DNA of 64,000 nt from an uncultured Chitinophagaceae bacterium (GTDB lineage Bacteria; Bacteroidota; Bacteroidia; Chitinophagales; CAIOSU01): the NCBI GenBank assembly GCA_964502525.1, contig CAZCXH010000002.1:28031-92030 (forward strand). The letters run 5' to 3'. The stretch's first letter is position 1, and the number at the start of each line of letters is the position of its first letter. A program made the translations under genes and the position numbers. Below are positions 9,078 through 20,051 of this stretch, one piece after another. A model generated the notes under the pieces. That model searched no databases. It had not been told where the DNA came from and was given only the letters and a program-made list of their open reading frames with translations.

Positions 9078-9617
9078 CTATCCCTTCAGGTTGAAACTCC
9101 CCGCCACGTTGTAAACAGGGCCGGATGGACGGTTAGCGGATTCCATCAGTTCGATATTTCTAACATCAAATGATATTTTCCTTATCTCAGGTAAAGCCGG
9201 AATTTCCAATCCCTTGCCTTCCTTAATTCTTGCCAGCGTGATGTGCGGATTAGGCTTCCTGCTGCCATCTCCTGAAAGCTCTTGATGGAATCTCAGAGCA
9301 AGATCAGAAAATATTTCATTTTCTTTCAATGCCGCCCATATCATCACCGGATTTTTGCCTTTCCTGATCACTTTAATATTCTCCATCGTCATGCTGAATG
9401 GCGGAGTTTTATCGGCAGTTGCAGAAATTTTCCCGGCAATCAGAGCAAGCTCATTCAGTTCCGTTTGCCCGATAAAGTGCACCGTGATGTGCAGATTTTG
9501 TCGGGGCGTCCAGCGAACGGCAGGATGTTTGAGAAAAGAATTCAGCGCGGCAAGCTCGTTTCTTACGGATTCGGGAATATTGATGGCGATGAAAAGACGC
9601 CTGGAGTTTTTGAGCAT
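9078..9617 (-). CDS. thpR: RNA 2',3'-cyclic phosphodiesterase (2H phosphoesterase, LigT/ThpR)
   Basis: Two HxT motifs are present (LHITVHF and PHITLAR), at the usual spacing for the family. Confidence 0.8.
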   Translation of the reverse strand: MLKNSRRLFIAINIPESVRNELAALNSFLKHPAVRWTPRQNLHITVHFIGQTELNELALIAGKISATADKTPPFSMTMENIKVIRKGKNPVMIWAALKENEIFSDLALRFHQELSGDGSRKPNPHITLARIKEGKGLEIPALPEIRKISFDVRNIELMESANRPSGPVYNVAGSFNLKG

Positions 9618-9624
9618 TGCATTA

Positions 9625-9657
9625 GACCTGACAGGTTTTCGAAAAACCTGTCAGGTC
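9625..9657. repeat. GACCTGACAGG palindromic element, copy 2 (between divergent thpR and udg starts)
   Basis: GACCTGACAGGTTTT-CGA-AAAACCTGTCAGGTC has perfect 15-bp arms. Confidence 0.9.
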
Positions 9658-9674
9658 ATCAAGGTTACGAGAGT

Positions 9675-9682
9675 TATTTTTG
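9675..9682 (+). promoter_or_regulatory. -7 box TATTTTTG upstream of the uracil-DNA glycosylase gene
   Basis: Exact TAnnTTTG match, with 9-12 nt before TTG 9692 / ATG 9695. Confidence 0.45.
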
Positions 9683-9691
9683 GAATTTTGA

Positions 9692-10360
9692 TTGATGGAT
9701 ACTATCACCAGCCTTTCACGGACGATCACCGGCTGCACACGCTGTCCCCGTCTGACGAAATATACCCGTGCAATCGCGTCAACTAAAGTAAGGAGGTTCA
9801 GGGAATGGAACTATTGGGGGAAGCCTGTTCCCGGCTTCGGTGATCCGCTTGCTGAAGTGCTCATTATCGGTCTTGCGCCTGCAGCGCATGGCGCCAACAG
9901 AACGGGCAGGATGTTCACCGGAGACTCCTCTGGCGATTGGCTGTATCGGGCATTGCATGAAACCGGGTTTGCCAGCCAGCCGGACAGCACGAGCACAGAT
10001 GATGGACTTCAGTTGAAAAATGTTTTTATTTCGGCAGTTTGCCGGTGCGCTCCGCCTGACAACAAGCCACTCCCAACGGAAATTGCCAACTGCTCTCCTT
10101 TCCTGGAAAAAGAAATTGAATTGCTGCGAAACGTGAAGGTGATTGTATGCCTCGGTCAAATTGCCTTCACCCGCTATTGCAAACTTCACGCTTTAAAAGG
10201 GCTCGCTTTTTCTCATGGAAAAAAATACAAATTGGATGATGGAACAATCCTGATCAGTTCTTACCATCCGAGCAGGCAAAACACCAATACCGGAAAACTG
10301 AAATGGCGCCATTGGCTGAACGTGTTTCAGGATGTGCGATCCATCGTTGAAAAAGGTTGA
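9692..10360 (+). CDS. uracil-DNA glycosylase, family 4/5 (Fe-S type)
   Basis: CTRCPRL Cys motif, GLAPAAHGANRTGRMFTGD active-site region and YHPSRQN are present. Confidence 0.8.
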   Translation: MMDTITSLSRTITGCTRCPRLTKYTRAIASTKVRRFREWNYWGKPVPGFGDPLAEVLIIGLAPAAHGANRTGRMFTGDSSGDWLYRALHETGFASQPDSTSTDDGLQLKNVFISAVCRCAPPDNKPLPTEIANCSPFLEKEIELLRNVKVIVCLGQIAFTRYCKLHALKGLAFSHGKKYKLDDGTILISSYHPSRQNTNTGKLKWRHWLNVFQDVRSIVEKG

Positions 10361-10364
10361 ATCC

Positions 10365-12029
10365 CTACCACTTGAATTTCCCGGTGAATTTTTTCGCCCC
10401 GCATGTTACCATGCAGAAATAAATTCCAGGATATGAATAGAATCCTGCATTCAACCCGTTTTGAAGAAAAGCATTTTCCTCAAACAATTTTCTTCCCGTA
10501 ATATCAAAAATTTCAATTAACGCGTTGCCCAGGACATCATCATTTGAAAACCTGATATTGACAGACCCCGTCTGCGGATCAGGGGAGATGATGATTTCAG
10601 AAGAGTTAACCTTTTCAATTCCGGAAGCAATTTCGCTTAAGCAATACCGGCTGCCGGTTTGAACCGGTTCATATTGAGGGCTTTCAATCACATCCTCTGT
10701 AACCAAAGCTGGCCGCAGGTCTGCTGCATCCGCTTCAAAGCAAACGTTGCTGAGTTTCAAATTTTTAACATGACGCGCATACAACCCTTGCGCAGGAATC
10801 GTATCACCAAATATGTCACAGTTGGGGCGATCGGTTTCGTTTTCCGGGACAATATATCCAGGGCGAACCTCCTGCTCTCCTCCGGGAAAATTGACGGTAA
10901 CATCTTCCAGCGTCACATCCTCAACATAATAACCCGGTATCCCGGTGATTGAACTTGTCAGATTGCTTTCAGCAGTGATGGTGATATTTTGAAAACTGAC
11001 ATTCCTGATATAGCCTACCGGAGGCGTTGGCGCAGCAGGCGTGTATTTTCTCCCCTGATTGCCGAGGCGAAGGAACAGCGCGGTATTCACGCCAGCCATG
11101 GTGATATTGCGGAGCGTGAGACTGTCAATGAAGCCGCCATCCACAATGGAGAGGTTCATGCCGCAATCCGCTGTGGGAATAATGCTGTGAGGCTGCACCA
11201 CGCAATCCTCAATCAGGATGTTTCTAAATCCTCCGGTCGTTTCCGTTCCTATTTTGATGGCCCGCGCAACCGTTGAAACCGTGCAGTTGCGGATAACAAC
11301 GTTCTCGCAGTTCAATGGCGTAGTGGTTTTCAACACCAACGGGTCGTCAAGCGAACTGACGGTGCAGTTTTCTATCAGCACATTGCGGCAGGCGTCAATG
11401 CCGATTCCGTCATTATTGGAATTGGAGTTGTTGGATACCGTGACATTGCGGATGGCGAGCGAATCAACATCGAGGTTGTGCATCATCCAGAAAGCGGCAT
11501 TCACAAGTTCAATGCTGTCATACATTACGTTTTGGCAAGAAATGATCCGGATACCGTAAGGGCGTTCGTTCGCTCCGAGAAATGAAAATCCGTTCCCGTC
11601 AACGGTCCCTGTGCCGGTAATGGAAATATTGTGCCGGTTTTCGGCATAGATGATTGACTTCTGCGAATTCTCATCGGCAAGGGAGCGCAGGGCGGGAATC
11701 ATATCAGGGTAATGGCTGATGTTTGTACTGCCTTTCAACGTTCCAACAACGCGAAGATTAACATTGCTTTTAAGCATAATCGTGCCGGTGACAAATGTGC
11801 CGGAAGGCACGAGCACGGTTCCACCGGCAATTGCGCATGAGTCAATGGCATCCTGGATAGCGTTGGTGTTAACCGTGCTGCCGTTGCCGATAGCGCCAAA
11901 ATCAGTGATATCCCATGTTTGGGCAAATGATAGGATTGAGCAAAGCGCGAAGCAGGCAAAAGCGGTCAGAACTCTCATCAAAAGAATTGAATCCGCTAAA
12001 AATAATGTTTTCATGGGAAGGGAAGGCAA
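10365..12029 (-). CDS. glycoside hydrolase family 28 (polygalacturonase-like, right-handed beta-helix) with T9SS C-terminal sorting domain
   Basis: ITDFGAIGNGSTVNTNAIQDAID is followed by repeated NxxIxN beta-helix turns and NNDGIGID. The C-terminal roughly 80 aa end in GIYFCMVTCGAKKFTGKFKW, which is Por_Secre_tail-like. Confidence 0.8.
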   Translation of the reverse strand: MPSLPMKTLFLADSILLMRVLTAFACFALCSILSFAQTWDITDFGAIGNGSTVNTNAIQDAIDSCAIAGGTVLVPSGTFVTGTIMLKSNVNLRVVGTLKGSTNISHYPDMIPALRSLADENSQKSIIYAENRHNISITGTGTVDGNGFSFLGANERPYGIRIISCQNVMYDSIELVNAAFWMMHNLDVDSLAIRNVTVSNNSNSNNDGIGIDACRNVLIENCTVSSLDDPLVLKTTTPLNCENVVIRNCTVSTVARAIKIGTETTGGFRNILIEDCVVQPHSIIPTADCGMNLSIVDGGFIDSLTLRNITMAGVNTALFLRLGNQGRKYTPAAPTPPVGYIRNVSFQNITITAESNLTSSITGIPGYYVEDVTLEDVTVNFPGGEQEVRPGYIVPENETDRPNCDIFGDTIPAQGLYARHVKNLKLSNVCFEADAADLRPALVTEDVIESPQYEPVQTGSRYCLSEIASGIEKVNSSEIIISPDPQTGSVNIRFSNDDVLGNALIEIFDITGRKLFEENAFLQNGLNAGFYSYPGIYFCMVTCGAKKFTGKFKW

Positions 12030-12056
12030 ACAATCTTAAACCGCAATTTCAGGCTT

Positions 12057-13463
12057 TCAGCGATACTGATTCACCACCTGCTGCACGGCAAGGTCTTTTT
12101 CCATTTTCGGAGCCACCTCGAAAATGACGGGGTGAAGCTTGAAATCAATCAGCAACGCCTTTTCAAGGTTGAGAAGGGATTCCTTTTTATTGCCGATTAA
12201 ATAATAGTAGGCGCTTTTAACATAGATGATATCTGCCGGATCATCGAACTCTTCGCAGGCGTCATCCAAAACGGTAAATGCGTCACGATGCATCCCTGAT
12301 TCGAGGAGCGTGCGCGCCAGAGCCAGCCAGGCATCACGCGAGTTAGGGCGTATGTCAATGGCTTTGCTGAACAGCTCGATAGCCAAATCCAAATCACCCA
12401 ACTCATAGTTGGCATCAGCAAGCATTTCCAAATAATCCGGATCATCGTCTTTCAGCTTGCAGGCTCTTTCAAAAGAGGTGAGCGCGTTGTTCCACTTCTC
12501 TTCCTCGCGGTAACACAAGCCGATATGGAAAAAGGCTTCATGAAAATGCGGATCAATGTTTATTGCCTTGCGGTAGTAGTTGCGCGCATTGCCGTAATCT
12601 TCGAGGCACTGGTAACACTCCCCTATGCCGAAGTAAACTTCTTTTGACGGTCGGGCAACTTCAAGCGCGCCCTTGTAATACTCAATCGCTTTGGGGTATT
12701 GCTCCATCCTGAAAAGCACGTCCCCGCAATCCTTGTGGGCATACTCAAATTTCTCATTGATGGCGATCACGAAATCGAAAGCCTCCACTGCATTTTCCAA
12801 TTCACCCGTTCCAACGTAAGCATGGGCAAGATTGAACCATGCGAGGTGGCTGTATGGACGCAGGTCAATGATGCGCCTGTGCAGCTCAACGCTCTCCTTG
12901 AATTTCTCGGCAAACTGAACGCAGAACCACATGCGGTTGAGCGCCTCTTCGTTGCCGGCATCATGCTCAAGCGACTGTTTCAGACATTCAAAAACCTGAC
13001 CATACTTCTCCCACTCCTCGTAGATGTCGGCAAGTTCGAGATAAAGCGATCCGATGTCGTCCTCCTCGCAGATCTCCATGGCATATTCAATGGTTGCAAC
13101 AGCCTTTTTGTAATCATCCATCCATACGTACACGTCCGCCCGCAGCAGGTATAGCTGTATCTCATGTTTGTCAAGGACTTCAGCTTTATCCAGCGCTTCG
13201 AGCGCCTGGTCAAACAGCTTCATATCGAAAAGAAACTGCGCTTTTTTAACCAGAAAATATGCTGAAAAAGGATATTGGATGATTGCCTGATCCGCCACTT
13301 TTGAAGCCTTGTCGTTCTTTTTCTTCCGCTCGTAGTAATCAATCAGTTGTTCGTAGGATGATTCTTCAAGGAAAAGATGGGAATTGGTTCTTTCCATCTC
13401 TTCAAAATGGGCTGCAAGGTCGCTCACCTTCAGGTGGTCATCGAATGGGTTGCTCGCAGACAT
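12057..13463 (-). CDS. tetratricopeptide repeat protein
   Basis: There are multiple 34-aa TPR units (W..LA..Y...G....A...F..A pattern) throughout the 468 aa. Confidence 0.8.
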   Translation of the reverse strand: MSASNPFDDHLKVSDLAAHFEEMERTNSHLFLEESSYEQLIDYYERKKKNDKASKVADQAIIQYPFSAYFLVKKAQFLFDMKLFDQALEALDKAEVLDKHEIQLYLLRADVYVWMDDYKKAVATIEYAMEICEEDDIGSLYLELADIYEEWEKYGQVFECLKQSLEHDAGNEEALNRMWFCVQFAEKFKESVELHRRIIDLRPYSHLAWFNLAHAYVGTGELENAVEAFDFVIAINEKFEYAHKDCGDVLFRMEQYPKAIEYYKGALEVARPSKEVYFGIGECYQCLEDYGNARNYYRKAINIDPHFHEAFFHIGLCYREEEKWNNALTSFERACKLKDDDPDYLEMLADANYELGDLDLAIELFSKAIDIRPNSRDAWLALARTLLESGMHRDAFTVLDDACEEFDDPADIIYVKSAYYYLIGNKKESLLNLEKALLIDFKLHPVIFEVAPKMEKDLAVQQVVNQYR

Positions 13464-13535
13464 TCGGCAGATGGTTGTCTTGTTTAAAAGTACGGGCTAA
13501 AAGTAAAGAATTCCATTTTAACTTTCCGCAGTATC

Positions 13536-16500
13536 TTGCAAAAATTTCTCAACACGGGAGTTAATGCAATAATGACGCGAGTTTTCACGCTGTTACTGCC
13601 GTATTTTTTTTCCACATTTTTCCTTCCTGCTCCGGTTTTTTCGCAAAATCCACCTTACTGGCAGCAAAAAGCCAGCTATGCCATTGAAGTGAGGCTGGAT
13701 GACGTCAGGCACGAACTGCACGGAAATATCAGAATAGAATACACCAACAATTCTCCGGATACTCTTTCATTCATCTGGTTTCATTTGTGGCCCAATGCCT
13801 ATAAAAATCTGAACACTGCCTTTGCAAATCAGCAGTTGGAAAACCGCAACACAAAATTCTATTTCTCAAAACCCGAAGAGCGCGGATACATTGACAGCCT
13901 TGACTTTCGATCCGAAGGCCGGAAGCTGGAATGGCAATATGATTCCATCCACATTGACGTCTGCAAGGTGTTTTTGGCAGAACCGCTTGCGAGCGGAGAA
14001 ACCCTAACTGTCACCACGCCCTTTCATGTGAAAATCCCCGAAAGTTTTTCGCGCCTTGGGCATGTCAGGCAATCTTATCAGATTACGCAATGGTATCCCA
14101 AGCCGGCCGTGTATGATAATAATGGCTGGCACCCGATGCCTTATCTGGATCAGGGAGAATTCTATTCTGAATTCGGCTCGTTTGACGTGAAGATTACGCT
14201 GCCGAAAAATTATGTAGTGGGCGCATCCGGCAATTTGCAGAATGAAGATGAGTTGCAATGGCTGAATGAGCTTGCGGAGAAAACTGCGAAGCTGACAAAA
14301 TTTGAAGGCGATGAAGGCTTTCCTCCATCGGACAGCGTCATGAAAACATTGCATTACAAGCTCGATAACGCTCACGACTTCGCCTGGTTTGCCGACAAAC
14401 GGTTTCATGTGCTGAAGGGCGAAGTGGCGCTTCCTCATTCGCAGCGAAAGATTACAACATGGGCGATGTTCACCAACCATGATGCAGACCTTTGGAAAAA
14501 CAGCCTCGAATATCTTCACGATGCAGCTTACTATTATTCGCTTTGGATTGGTGATTACGCATACGATCAGGTGACTGCCGTGGAAGGAGCGCTGAGCGCA
14601 GGCAGCGGAATGGAATATCCAACCATTACGATAATCGGCAGTTCAAGAAATGCATCCGAACTCGAAACAATCATCATGCACGAGGTGGGGCATAACTGGT
14701 TTTACGGCATGCTTGGAACGAACGAGCGCGACCATCCGTGGATGGATGAGGGCATCAACTCGTTTTATGAGAACCGTTATCTGCTCAGGAAATATCCCGA
14801 TAAGAAATGGCTGTCTCAATTCAAGTTCGATGGAGTGAAGCGTTTCCTTGATCTGAATAATTATCCGCTTGATTTCACCGATGAACTGGGTTATCTCTAC
14901 ACCGCCACCCGCCATCTTGACCAGCCCATCGAACTGCCCGCGGTGAAATACTACTACATCAACTACGGAACCATCGTTTATTTCAAAACGGCAATAGTTT
15001 TTAAGCATCTGCAGGCTTATCTCGGTGACAGCATTTTCGACAATATCATGCAGCGCTATTTTGACGAATGGAGATTCAAGCATCCGCAGCCGGAAGATTT
15101 GCGGACGCTGTTTGAAACGATGAGCGGGAAAAATCTGTCATGGTTTTTCGATGATTTAATCGGAACGGATAAAAAGATGGATTACAAAATTTCAAAGATC
15201 AAAAAAGACAAGGTCAACAACATCCACACGCTGAAGGTTGCCAATAAATCGGGAATCGCTGCGCCTGTTTCCGTATCAGCCCTCCGCAAAGACACGGTGG
15301 CGAAAACAATCTGGATGGAAGGCTTTGAAGGCGAAAGGGAAATCGAAATCCTCAATGAAAAATATCAGCAGTACCGCATTGATGCGGCAGGAGCTACAAC
15401 CGAAATTAAACGCAGGAACAACAACTACCGTGTAAGCGGCTTGCTGCATAAATCAGAACGGCTGCGTTTTCAGATGTTCGGCAGCGTTGAAAACCCGCAA
15501 CGGACGCAATTGTTTTTCACGCCCGCAGTAGGCTGGAATAACTATGACAAGACATTGGTGGGTATTGCATTTTACAATCACGTCCTGCCGTTTAAAAGGT
15601 TTGAGTTCGAACTGGTGCCGCTGTTCGGAACGGGCTCGCTTCAGTTTGCGGGGATGGGAAGCGTTGGTTACAATTTCTATCTGAAGAAGAGCAGGCTGCA
15701 CAACATCAATCTGAGCTTGCAGGGCAGGCGGTTCAGTTACGATTTGTTTCCCGATGCGCTCAACTATAATAAAATACAGCCGGTGCTTTCATTTGAGTTC
15801 AGGAAAAAAAATCCCAGAAGCTGGGTGGACAAGAAGCTTGTGTTGCGCAACGTGCAGGTGTGGCAGGATCACCGCGAATACAATCAGGAGTTGAAGGCGT
15901 ATGAAAATGTCACCACCCGTTATTGCCTGAATGAAGCCGCTTTTTTTTGGAACAACTCCCGTGTGATTAACCCTTTTGGCTTCAGCCTCGCTTTGCAGCA
16001 GCAGCGGGAAAATTTCATCCGTGTTTTTGGCGAGTTCAACTGCAAGATCACCTACGACAGCGAGAGGAAGGGACTTTTCATCCGGCTTTTTGCCGGAGGT
16101 TTCCCGTACAATAACCGGGATGAAAGCAAAATTCCCGATCCGAGATTCAGGATGAACTTTTCCACCGGCAAGGAACTATATCAAAAGGATTTTCTTTTTG
16201 ACGAATATTTCTTCGGTAGAAACGAAACCGAGATTTTCTCATCGCAGCAGGTAGTTGCCAAAGAAGGCGGGTTCCGTTCGCATAATAATTTCGGACAAAC
16301 GGATAAATGGATCACAACGGTAAATCTCACTTCCACCATCCCGGGAAAAATTCCAATCCGTCCATACACCAGCTTTGGCATTTATGGCGATGAAGGTTCA
16401 AACTTCAATATGGCTTATGAACTTGGCTTAGCGGTAGCCATTCTTCCCGACATCTTTGAAATTTATTTTCCCTTGGTTTCAATTACGCAATACACCCCCG

Positions 16501-16658
16501 AAGGCGGTGACACCGAAACAGCCAAGTGGTATCTTGGCTTGGACAAGGAAGATCCGGACAACCTGTATTATGGAGAAAAATACTGGAGCCTCATCACCTT
16601 CCAGTTCAACATCAAAAAGATGAATCCGTTTGATGCAGTGAAGAAGCTGCCGTTTTAG
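13536..16658 (+). CDS. M1 family metallopeptidase (aminopeptidase N-like), secreted, with long C-terminal extension
   Basis: The HEVGHNWFYG zincin motif is followed by WMDEG. A signal peptide starts at the Met at 13572, which may be the true start. Confidence 0.85.
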   Translation: MQKFLNTGVNAIMTRVFTLLLPYFFSTFFLPAPVFSQNPPYWQQKASYAIEVRLDDVRHELHGNIRIEYTNNSPDTLSFIWFHLWPNAYKNLNTAFANQQLENRNTKFYFSKPEERGYIDSLDFRSEGRKLEWQYDSIHIDVCKVFLAEPLASGETLTVTTPFHVKIPESFSRLGHVRQSYQITQWYPKPAVYDNNGWHPMPYLDQGEFYSEFGSFDVKITLPKNYVVGASGNLQNEDELQWLNELAEKTAKLTKFEGDEGFPPSDSVMKTLHYKLDNAHDFAWFADKRFHVLKGEVALPHSQRKITTWAMFTNHDADLWKNSLEYLHDAAYYYSLWIGDYAYDQVTAVEGALSAGSGMEYPTITIIGSSRNASELETIIMHEVGHNWFYGMLGTNERDHPWMDEGINSFYENRYLLRKYPDKKWLSQFKFDGVKRFLDLNNYPLDFTDELGYLYTATRHLDQPIELPAVKYYYINYGTIVYFKTAIVFKHLQAYLGDSIFDNIMQRYFDEWRFKHPQPEDLRTLFETMSGKNLSWFFDDLIGTDKKMDYKISKIKKDKVNNIHTLKVANKSGIAAPVSVSALRKDTVAKTIWMEGFEGEREIEILNEKYQQYRIDAAGATTEIKRRNNNYRVSGLLHKSERLRFQMFGSVENPQRTQLFFTPAVGWNNYDKTLVGIAFYNHVLPFKRFEFELVPLFGTGSLQFAGMGSVGYNFYLKKSRLHNINLSLQGRRFSYDLFPDALNYNKIQPVLSFEFRKKNPRSWVDKKLVLRNVQVWQDHREYNQELKAYENVTTRYCLNEAAFFWNNSRVINPFGFSLALQQQRENFIRVFGEFNCKITYDSERKGLFIRLFAGGFPYNNRDESKIPDPRFRMNFSTGKELYQKDFLFDEYFFGRNETEIFSSQQVVAKEGGFRSHNNFGQTDKWITTVNLTSTIPGKIPIRPYTSFGIYGDEGSNFNMAYELGLAVAILPDIFEIYFPLVSITQYTPEGGDTETAKWYLGLDKEDPDNLYYGEKYWSLITFQFNIKKMNPFDAVKKLPF

Positions 16659-16701
16659 GAAAAGGCATAAGGTAATTGGAATCTAAAGCCGTCATCTTTT
16701 G

Positions 16702-16768
16702 AAAAAATGCAAAAGGCAAATTTGCAAAGGGCAATCGCTTTCTTGCCTTTTGCACTTTGCCTTTTTCT
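16702..16768. repeat. tandem-word hairpin (AAAGGCAA/TTGCCTTT words) between convergent genes
   Basis: TGCAAAAGGCAAATTTGCAAAGGGCAA-TCGCTTTC-TTGCCTTTTGCACTTTGCCTTTTT. Confidence 0.8.
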
Positions 16769-16798
16769 TGGGCTTGTTCGATTTCAAATTGAGGTGTA

Positions 16799-18058
16799 TT
16801 ACGTCTTCTGCGGTTTCTTCTTCGCTGCGGGGAAGAGGACGTTGTTGAGAATCAGCCGGTAGCCCGGTGAGTTGGGGTGCAGATTCAAATCGGTGGGGGG
16901 GTCACCGACAAAGTGCTGATAATCTTCAGGATCATGGCCGCCATAAAACGTCCAGGTGCCGAAGCCATGGCTGCTGTGAATATAACGCGCTTCACTGGCT
17001 GATTTGTTTTCACCCATCACCAGCACTTCCGACTTGATAATCTCATTTCTGAACGCGGTGGTTTGCCCCATGAATCCTTTGACCGTTCGCGTGTGACATT
17101 GCGTAAGCATGGTGGGAACCGGATCCCACTTGGCTGAAAATTCAAACAGGGTGAAATAATCAGTACTGGGCGGCACCTGCCTCGGAACAGGCACGTCAAT
17201 GTTAGCAAATTCGTATTGGTAAGGGTTCATCTCCAGTTTAAATTTTTCAAATGCAAAAGTTTTACCATAATCGAGCTTCTGCTGCGCCTGCGGGTCAGGG
17301 GGATCGCCATCAAACATCTGGTCGCAAATATCATCTCCTTCGGCAGCTAATGCAATGTCATAAGAATCAGTTGCCGAGCACATCGCAAACATGAATCCGC
17401 CACCCACCACGTAGTCCCTGATTTTTTGCGCCACCGCGAGTTTCAGTTGCGATACTTTGCTGAATCCCATTTTAGCCGCATCAGCCTCTGCGTCACGCAC
17501 CTGCTGCTGATACCATTGCTGGTTGCGGTATTGTCCATAAAATTTTCCGTATTGTCCGGTAAAATCTTCGTGATGAAGGTGGAGCCAGTCATATTTCGGA
17601 AGTATTCCTGAGAGGACTTCTTCATCATAAATCAGATCATAAGGAATTTCTGCATACGTCAAAACCAGTGTCACGGCATCGTCCCACGGCAGGTTGTAGG
17701 GTGGCGCATACACGGCAATTCTGGGCGCTTTCTCCATTTTCACAATATCCATGTTCACCTCCGGATTGGCGATTTCAGCCTGTATTTTGGAGTATTGCCC
17801 GTCAGCAAGCACCTCATAGGAAACTCCGCGGATCTGACATTCCTGTTCGAGAGCGGCTGCGTGTTTGTAAGCAAAAGAACCTCCGCGGTAATTCAGCAGC
17901 CAGTCAACGCTCACGCCATTCTTCAAAATCCAGTAAGCAACCCCATAAGCCTTAAGATGATTTTTTTGCTCTGTATCCATCGGAATGAGGACATACGCAG
18001 CACGAAGGGGAGCAGAAAAAACGATGAAAACAATGGTAATATATGCGAGTATCTTCAT
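16799..18058 (-). CDS. conserved secreted protein of unknown function
   Basis: The ORF is 419 aa, long and clean, with a signal peptide. I recall homologs in Bacteroidota being auto-annotated as asparagine synthetase B, but I see no supporting motif. Confidence 0.6.
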   Translation of the reverse strand: MKILAYITIVFIVFSAPLRAAYVLIPMDTEQKNHLKAYGVAYWILKNGVSVDWLLNYRGGSFAYKHAAALEQECQIRGVSYEVLADGQYSKIQAEIANPEVNMDIVKMEKAPRIAVYAPPYNLPWDDAVTLVLTYAEIPYDLIYDEEVLSGILPKYDWLHLHHEDFTGQYGKFYGQYRNQQWYQQQVRDAEADAAKMGFSKVSQLKLAVAQKIRDYVVGGGFMFAMCSATDSYDIALAAEGDDICDQMFDGDPPDPQAQQKLDYGKTFAFEKFKLEMNPYQYEFANIDVPVPRQVPPSTDYFTLFEFSAKWDPVPTMLTQCHTRTVKGFMGQTTAFRNEIIKSEVLVMGENKSASEARYIHSSHGFGTWTFYGGHDPEDYQHFVGDPPTDLNLHPNSPGYRLILNNVLFPAAKKKPQKT

Positions 18059-18117
18059 AAGGAGAATCTAACGGATATTGATTCGGAAAATTTTGTAGAG
18101 TTCGTCATGTGGAGTTC

Positions 18118-18172
18118 ATCATCACCGAATTATCAAATTATCGAATCACCGAATCAGCAAATCACCGAATCA
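18118..18172. repeat. tandem 8-nt word array YAYCRAAT (reverse complement of ATTYGRTR), single arm, abutting the icd stop
   Basis: CACCGAAT TATCAAAT TATCGAAT CACCGAAT CAGCAAAT CACCGAAT. Confidence 0.8.
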
Positions 18173-19450
18173 CACCTCCACCAAATCCATGCTGTTGATG
18201 ACCTCCGTTCCAAACTCAGAACACTTCAGCAGCGTGGCTCCTTCCATGAGGCGATGGAAATCATAGGTAACTTTCTTGTTTGCGAAAGCCGTTTCCAGTC
18301 CTTTGATGATGAGGTCTTTCGCCTCAAGCCAGCCCATGTATTCCAGCATCATCGCGCCTGAGAGTATCACCGAACTGGGGTTCACCTTATCCTGACCGGC
18401 ATATTTGGGAGCCGTGCCGTGCGTGGCTTCAAAGATGGCAGCCCCGATTTCGTAGTTGATATTGGCGCCCGGAGCGATGCCTATTCCTCCAACTCCCGCA
18501 GCGAGCGCATCGGAGATATAATCGCCATTCAGGTTGAGCGTTGCCAGCACGGAATATTCCTGCGGTCTTAACTGAATCTGCTGCAGGAACGCATCCGCGA
18601 TGGAATCTTTAATGATCACCTTTCCTCCTTCAGTTGCCTGTTTCATCATCTTGTTCGCCTGCTCCGACCCCTTTTCCTGAACTATCTTATCATACTGTTG
18701 CCAGGTGAACACCTTGTCTCCGAATTCTTTTTCCGCCAGTTCATATCCCCATTTTTTGAAACCGCCCTCAGTGTATTTCATGATGTTGCCCTTATGCACT
18801 AATGTCAGTGAAGGTTTTTTCTGCTCAATGGCATACCTGAGGGCAGCTCTCACCAGCCGCTCAGTGCCTTCCTTTGAAACCGGCTTGATGCCGATGGATG
18901 ATGTTTTCGGGAAACGTATCTGGTTCACCCCCATTTCGTTTTGCAGGAAAGCAATGACCTTGTTCGCTTCCGGTGTGCCCGCATTCCACTCTATACCCGC
19001 GTAAATGTCCTCTGTGTTTTCACGGAACACCACCATGTCAATCCATTCCGGATGCTTCATGGGCGATGGGACGTTCGTGAAATACTGCACCGGGCGCACA
19101 CAGGCATAGAGATCAAGCTTTTGCCGCAAAGCCACATTGAGCGAACGGATGCCGCCCCCAACGGGCGTTGTCAAAGGACCTTTGATTGCGATGAGATACT
19201 TGGTGATGGCTTCCAGCGTTTCTTCCGGCAGCCAGTCGCCTTTCAGATTAAAGGCTTTCTCCCCGGCATAAACCTCCATCCATTGAATCTTTCGCTTGCC
19301 GTGATAGGCTTTCTCCACAGCGGCATCCAGCACACGCACCGATGCCGCCCAGATGTCGGGTCCGGTGCCATCGCCCTCTATAAATGGAATAACCGGGTTG
19401 TCAGGAACTTGCAACTTGCCGTTTTTGATGGTTACTTTTTCGCTAGACAT
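18170..19450 (-). CDS. icd: NADP-dependent isocitrate dehydrogenase
   Basis: [21 protein letters not shown] and NLNGDYISD motifs are present, with the 426-aa length typical of prokaryotic homodimeric IDH. Confidence 0.95.
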   Translation of the reverse strand: MSSEKVTIKNGKLQVPDNPVIPFIEGDGTGPDIWAASVRVLDAAVEKAYHGKRKIQWMEVYAGEKAFNLKGDWLPEETLEAITKYLIAIKGPLTTPVGGGIRSLNVALRQKLDLYACVRPVQYFTNVPSPMKHPEWIDMVVFRENTEDIYAGIEWNAGTPEANKVIAFLQNEMGVNQIRFPKTSSIGIKPVSKEGTERLVRAALRYAIEQKKPSLTLVHKGNIMKYTEGGFKKWGYELAEKEFGDKVFTWQQYDKIVQEKGSEQANKMMKQATEGGKVIIKDSIADAFLQQIQLRPQEYSVLATLNLNGDYISDALAAGVGGIGIAPGANINYEIGAAIFEATHGTAPKYAGQDKVNPSSVILSGAMMLEYMGWLEAKDLIIKGLETAFANKKVTYDFHRLMEGATLLKCSEFGTEVINSMDLVEV

Positions 19451-19566
19451 GGTTGATGGTTTTATGAATTATATAATTGTATGGCTAAATTACGGATTTC
19501 GGCAGAATGGAATGGACATGCGAGGTCATGCCCTGCTTTGATTATCTTTACAAAATATAGATTGAG

Positions 19567-19788
19567 ATGAAGCACGTAGTGGAAATTGATGACAAAAGCG
19601 AGGCTGGTAAACGGCTTGTCAGACATTTAAAATCCGTGGCGCAGCGCAATAAGACGGTAAATATCCTTACACGCTCATCCCTCCGGGCAAAAGAAGATGA
19701 TGCACTTGCCCGTATGATAAATGAAGGTTTGAAGAGCGGGATGACTAATAAGAACCGCGTTCTGAAGAAATTCGGCATCAAGCCATGA
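19567..19788 (+). CDS. putative antitoxin partner of the downstream RelE/ParE-family toxin
   Basis: The 73-aa ORF overlaps the toxin start by 4 nt (ATGA). No family was recognised by eye. Confidence 0.55.
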   Translation: MKHVVEIDDKSEAGKRLVRHLKSVAQRNKTVNILTRSSLRAKEDDALARMINEGLKSGMTNKNRVLKKFGIKP

Positions 19789-20051
19789 ATGTTGAGTTTA
19801 CTCACCGGTTTGAAAAAGAAACCGATGAGATTTTCGAACCGAAACTTAGGGAAAGGATCAAAAGCATAATTCAAGCAGTGCGCAATGCCTCATCTCCGCG
19901 CCAAATACCGCATCTCAAAAAGTTAAAGGGTTATCGAGAATTTTACAGGATCAGAGTAGCAGATTACCGAATCGGCATCAGGATAGAAGGTGACACGGTA
20001 ATATTTGCTGCATTTGGTTCAAGGAAAGATATTTACAGGAATTTCCCGTGA
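19785..20051 (+). CDS. type II toxin, RelE/ParE family
   Basis: 88 aa. KKLKGYREFYRIRVADYRIGIRIEGDTVIFAAFGSRKDIY matches the RelE/ParE core pattern. Confidence 0.85.
   Translation: MNVEFTHRFEKETDEIFEPKLRERIKSIIQAVRNASSPRQIPHLKKLKGYREFYRIRVADYRIGIRIEGDTVIFAAFGSRKDIYRNFP

Noticed and set aside
16799-18058. Calling this gene asparagine synthetase B.
   Set aside because: I recall homologs carrying that label, but the protein has a signal peptide and lacks the N-terminal Cys glutaminase and the SGGLDS PP-loop motifs of AsnB. It is kept as a conserved secreted protein of unknown function.
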